DNA of 64,000 bases from positions 496,527 to 560,526 of the forward strand of contig BPJG01000001.1 of the NCBI GenBank assembly GCA_026004495.1, written 5' to 3'. Source of the DNA: Candidatus Parcubacteria bacterium (GTDB lineage: Bacteria > Patescibacteriota > Minisyncoccia > UBA6257 > HR35). Under the pieces are notes generated by a model that was not told where the DNA came from, ran no database searches, and worked only from the letters and a program-made list of their open reading frames with translations. The position numbers were made by a program, and so were the translations under genes. How positions within the stretch are numbered: position 1 is the first letter of the stretch; every line of letters starts with the position of its first letter. Shown here piece by piece: positions 60,822 through 64,000 of the stretch.

Positions 60822-61298
60822 ATGATTATTAAAAAAGACAATTCAGTTGTAGTAATTATTTTAAATAAAAATAAGATTTTATTAGACCCCCCTAAACCAC
60901 TTGAGGGATTTATAAATATTTTATCAGACCCTCAAAAAAATCTCAATACTAACAAGTTTTTCAATATGCCAGGAGAATATGAGGTAGAGGGTGTTTATTT
61001 ACGAATTTATTTTAACAAAAAAAATCTAATTTCTGTTTTTAGAATAAATGAAGTTAATTTTATTTATTTAAACGAAGATCTATCAGATGAATTATTAAAC
61101 TTTATTTTAACTGAATGGTCAGAATTAGATATTGCTCTAATTAGAAATAAAATCAACATCTTGGATAAAATAAAAAATAAGTTAAAATTTAAAATGATTA
61201 TAGATTTAGATAATAAAAATAATTTAAAGGGTGAAAAAATTAAAGAATTAAAAATTAATTCCAAAAAAATAGAAGAAAAAAATATTATTTTAGTTTAG
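60822..61298 (+). CDS. hypothetical protein, degenerate MBL-fold-like
   Basis: ILLDP and PGEYEVEGV recall the short MBL-fold hydrolases found before gyrA in CPR; metal-binding His residues are absent. Confidence 0.45.
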   Translation: MIIKKDNSVVVIILNKNKILLDPPKPLEGFINILSDPQKNLNTNKFFNMPGEYEVEGVYLRIYFNKKNLISVFRINEVNFIYLNEDLSDELLNFILTEWSELDIALIRNKINILDKIKNKLKFKMIIDLDNKNNLKGEKIKELKINSKKIEEKNIILV

Positions 61299-61313
61299 AT
61301 AAATTTTTTAAAA

Positions 61314-61535
61314 ATGTTTGATCAAAAGCATATTAGAAATAAATTTAAGGCGCTAAAATATTCAATTGCTGTTTTTATTATTATTATGTTTCTTTGGTGG
61401 TTGCAGGGAGGTCATATACTTTCTTTTCTAAAACCTCAACCATCTCCAGCTGAAATTGCCATTAATACAACTGCTAATATTTTTAAATTAGGCTTAGCTA
61501 ATATTTTTTCTTTTTTTGTTGAGTTATTTAAATAA
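61314..61535 (+). CDS. small hypothetical membrane protein
   Basis: 73 aa with one TM segment. Confidence 0.5.
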   Translation: MFDQKHIRNKFKALKYSIAVFIIIMFLWWLQGGHILSFLKPQPSPAEIAINTTANIFKLGLANIFSFFVELFK

Positions 61536-61616
61536 CTTTAATGTATTTAATAACTTAAGAGATTTAAAAATTAATTTATTCTAATTTTTAATTTTTTATA
61601 TTTTAAAAACTAAATT

Positions 61617-63953
61617 ATGAAAGAATCAATAAAAATATCAGAAATTACAAACGAATTAAAAAGTTCATACCTTGACTATGCTTTAAGTGTTATTATTTCT
61701 AGAGCTTTACCTGATGTTCGAGATGGATTAAAGCCAGTTCAAAGAAGAATCCTTTATGTTATGAGAGAACTAGGCCTTTGGCCAAATGAAAAATTTACAA
61801 AATGTGCAAATATTGTTGGTAATACTATTGCTAGATATCATCCTCATGGCGACCAAGCTGTTTATGAATCATTAGTAAGATTAGCTCAAGATTTTTCTAT
61901 GAGGTATTCTTTAGTATGGGGCCAAGGTAATTTTGGGTCAATTGATGGTGACCCTCCAGCTGCTTATAGGTATACTGAAGCTAAATTAACTCCTATAGCC
62001 GTTGAAATGCTTGCTGATATAGAAAAAGAATCTGTCGATTTTAGGTCAAATTATGATAATACGAGAAAAGAACCAGTAGTGCTTCCATCTAAGATACCTC
62101 AACTTTTAATTAATGGAACCTTAGGTATTGCTGTCGGAATGGCTACCAATATTCCTCCTCATAATTTAACTGAAGTGAGTAATGCAGTCAAAAAATTAAT
62201 CAATAATCCCGATATTTCAATAAAAGACTTGATTCAAATTATAAAAGGACCTGATTTTCCTACTGGAGGGATTATTTATGGCAAGAAAACACTTTTTGAG
62301 GCCTATAGAACTGGTAGAGGGAGTATCGTTATTAGAGGGAAGGTTAAAGTTGAAGAAACAAAAAGAGGTAATAAATATTTAGTTATTACTGAAATACCTT
62401 GGCAAGTTAATAAAGCAGAATTAATTCGTCAAATAGCAGATTTGGGTTTAAATAAAATATTACCTCAAATTAAAGAAGTTAGAGATGAGTCAAATAGAGA
62501 AGGAATTAGAATAATAATTGAATTAAGCGATAAAGATGATAGATTAATTCATAATACAATTAATAAAATTTATCGCTTGACAGATTTACAAAAAAATTAT
62601 TACTTTAATTTAATTGCTTTAGAAAATGGAATTCAGCCAAAATTATTTAATTTAAAAGATTTACTTCTTAATTGGATAGATCATAGAAGAGAAATAATTC
62701 GTCGTCGAACTAAATACGATTTAGATAAGACAAAAGAAAGAATTGAAATTTTAGAAGGTTTTAAAAAGGCTATTAAAAATATAGATTTAGTTATTAAAAT
62801 AATTAAAAAATCAATCGATAAACAAACAGCTAAAAAAAATTTAATGGTTAAATTAAAGATAAATGATAGACAAGCAGAGGCTATTTTGGAAATGCCTTTA
62901 AGGTCATTAACTTCTCTAGAAACTAAGAAAATCATTGAAGAATTAAATGAAAAATTAAAACTAAAAGCAGAATTAGAAACGATTCTTAAATATCCTAAAA
63001 AAATTGATGAAATTATTATTAGAGAAACTGATGAATTAATTAAAAAATTTGGTGATGAAAGGAAAACTGAAATAATTGATGAAGATTTAAGTATAACAAA
63101 AGTAGAAGAGGAAGTTATTAATGAAGATATTTTATTATTAATAAACAACAAGGGTTTAGTTAAATCATTCGCTATAAATACTTCTATAGATAAAATATTA
63201 AAAAATAAGGATGAGATTGGGAAAATAGTTATTGCCAATACTCAAGATAAATTATTAGCTTATTCTCAAAATGGTAAAATTTATACTATTTCGGTAAATG
63301 AATTTTACAATACAAACAAATATTTAGAATCAACAATAATATTGGATAAGAATGATCAATTAAAAGATATCTTAACTTATAAAAATAAAAAATATATTCT
63401 TTGCTTAACTAAATTTGGTTTGGGTAAAAAAATTAAACTTGACGAAGTTATTAGTAATAGAAAAAGTGGAGTTCAAATAATTAAATTAAAAGATAATGAT
63501 AGTTTGATAAAAACATTAGCAGTTGATGATGAGCCAATAGCTATTTTTACTAAAAATGGTTCTGCTTTAGGTATAAAAGATCAAGTTCCAATTCAAGGAA
63601 GAGCTTCAGCTGGAGTAAGGTTAATTAAGCTTTCCCAGAACGACAATGTTTTTAATATTTCCGTTGTTAATAAGAATTACGTAGTTGTAATTTTTTCAAA
63701 TGGTTATATAAAAAAGTTTTCTGTTAAAGAGCTTAATTTTCAAAAAAGAGGTGGTAAAGGTATTAAAATATTTGAAAATAAAGATAAGTTTGGAGAATTA
63801 ATTTTTGTTGATTTATTAAATAATGATGATAAAATTTTATTAGTTAATGAAAAAATGGAAACCATTTTAGTTAAAGATATTAAAGAAGTAAAAAGAATTA
63901 ATCAACCTATTAAAATAGTCGATCTCAAAATTAATTTAGTTAATACAATTTAA
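61617..63953 (+). CDS. gyrA: type IIA topoisomerase A subunit (GyrA lineage)
   Basis: [45 protein letters not shown]; C-terminal pinwheel blades. Confidence 0.92.
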   Translation: MKESIKISEITNELKSSYLDYALSVIISRALPDVRDGLKPVQRRILYVMRELGLWPNEKFTKCANIVGNTIARYHPHGDQAVYESLVRLAQDFSMRYSLVWGQGNFGSIDGDPPAAYRYTEAKLTPIAVEMLADIEKESVDFRSNYDNTRKEPVVLPSKIPQLLINGTLGIAVGMATNIPPHNLTEVSNAVKKLINNPDISIKDLIQIIKGPDFPTGGIIYGKKTLFEAYRTGRGSIVIRGKVKVEETKRGNKYLVITEIPWQVNKAELIRQIADLGLNKILPQIKEVRDESNREGIRIIIELSDKDDRLIHNTINKIYRLTDLQKNYYFNLIALENGIQPKLFNLKDLLLNWIDHRREIIRRRTKYDLDKTKERIEILEGFKKAIKNIDLVIKIIKKSIDKQTAKKNLMVKLKINDRQAEAILEMPLRSLTSLETKKIIEELNEKLKLKAELETILKYPKKIDEIIIRETDELIKKFGDERKTEIIDEDLSITKVEEEVINEDILLLINNKGLVKSFAINTSIDKILKNKDEIGKIVIANTQDKLLAYSQNGKIYTISVNEFYNTNKYLESTIILDKNDQLKDILTYKNKKYILCLTKFGLGKKIKLDEVISNRKSGVQIIKLKDNDSLIKTLAVDDEPIAIFTKNGSALGIKDQVPIQGRASAGVRLIKLSQNDNVFNISVVNKNYVVVIFSNGYIKKFSVKELNFQKRGGKGIKIFENKDKFGELIFVDLLNNDDKILLVNEKMETILVKDIKEVKRINQPIKIVDLKINLVNTI

Positions 63954-63955
63954 AA

Positions 63956-64000
63956 ATGGAAAGTAAAGAAATAAAGATAAGAATAAATCCTAGGATTTTT
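63956..64000 (+). CDS. 5' end of the next gene (partial, MESKEIKIRINPRIF...)
   Basis: ATG 2 nt after the gyrA stop; open to the window edge. Confidence 0.45.
   Translation, partial: MESKEIKIRINPRIF

Noticed and set aside
61840-61870. GyrA quinolone-resistance region HGDQAVYES (Gln at the Ser83-equivalent)
   Set aside because: Natural variation at this position is common in environmental lineages; not evidence of selected resistance.

Overview
A very AT-rich (about 20-25% GC by eye), densely packed bacterial chromosome segment in the standard genetic code. Gene content and style point to a Patescibacteria (CPR, Parcubacteria-like) organism; a full-length reverse gyrase suggests a hot habitat. 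Housekeeping genes: dnaG-rpoD-dnaX, rplM-rpsI-ftsW-murG, rplU, rpmB, secG, uvrC, tmk, gatB, gap, ftsH, rpsA, gyrA. Also present: a type IV pilus cluster, GH57/GT4 glucan genes, PolX, a metal ABC transporter and three tRNAs (His-GTG, Ser-GGA, Gly-TCC). Four things stand out. (1) A LysW-type carrier-protein operon (lysZ-lysJ-X-lysW-lysX-lysY). Its carrier, missed by the ORF track, ends in EDWGQ instead of EDWGE; lysK is absent; and gene X is an EgtC/Dug3/YafJ-like Ntn amidohydrolase that could both activate and unload the carrier. (2) A leader-peptide/antiterminator/terminator attenuator at the head of the same minus-strand gene run. (3) A 3.6 kb higher-GC island in the tRNA-Ser 3' end with nested inverted repeats, an internal inverted attP-like copy, a decayed large serine recombinase and a foreign TrpRS. 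(4) Reverse gyrase overlapping a SET-domain methyltransferase, plus a GyrA lacking the blade-1 GyrA-box. All calls rest on motif recognition by eye; no database search was run.
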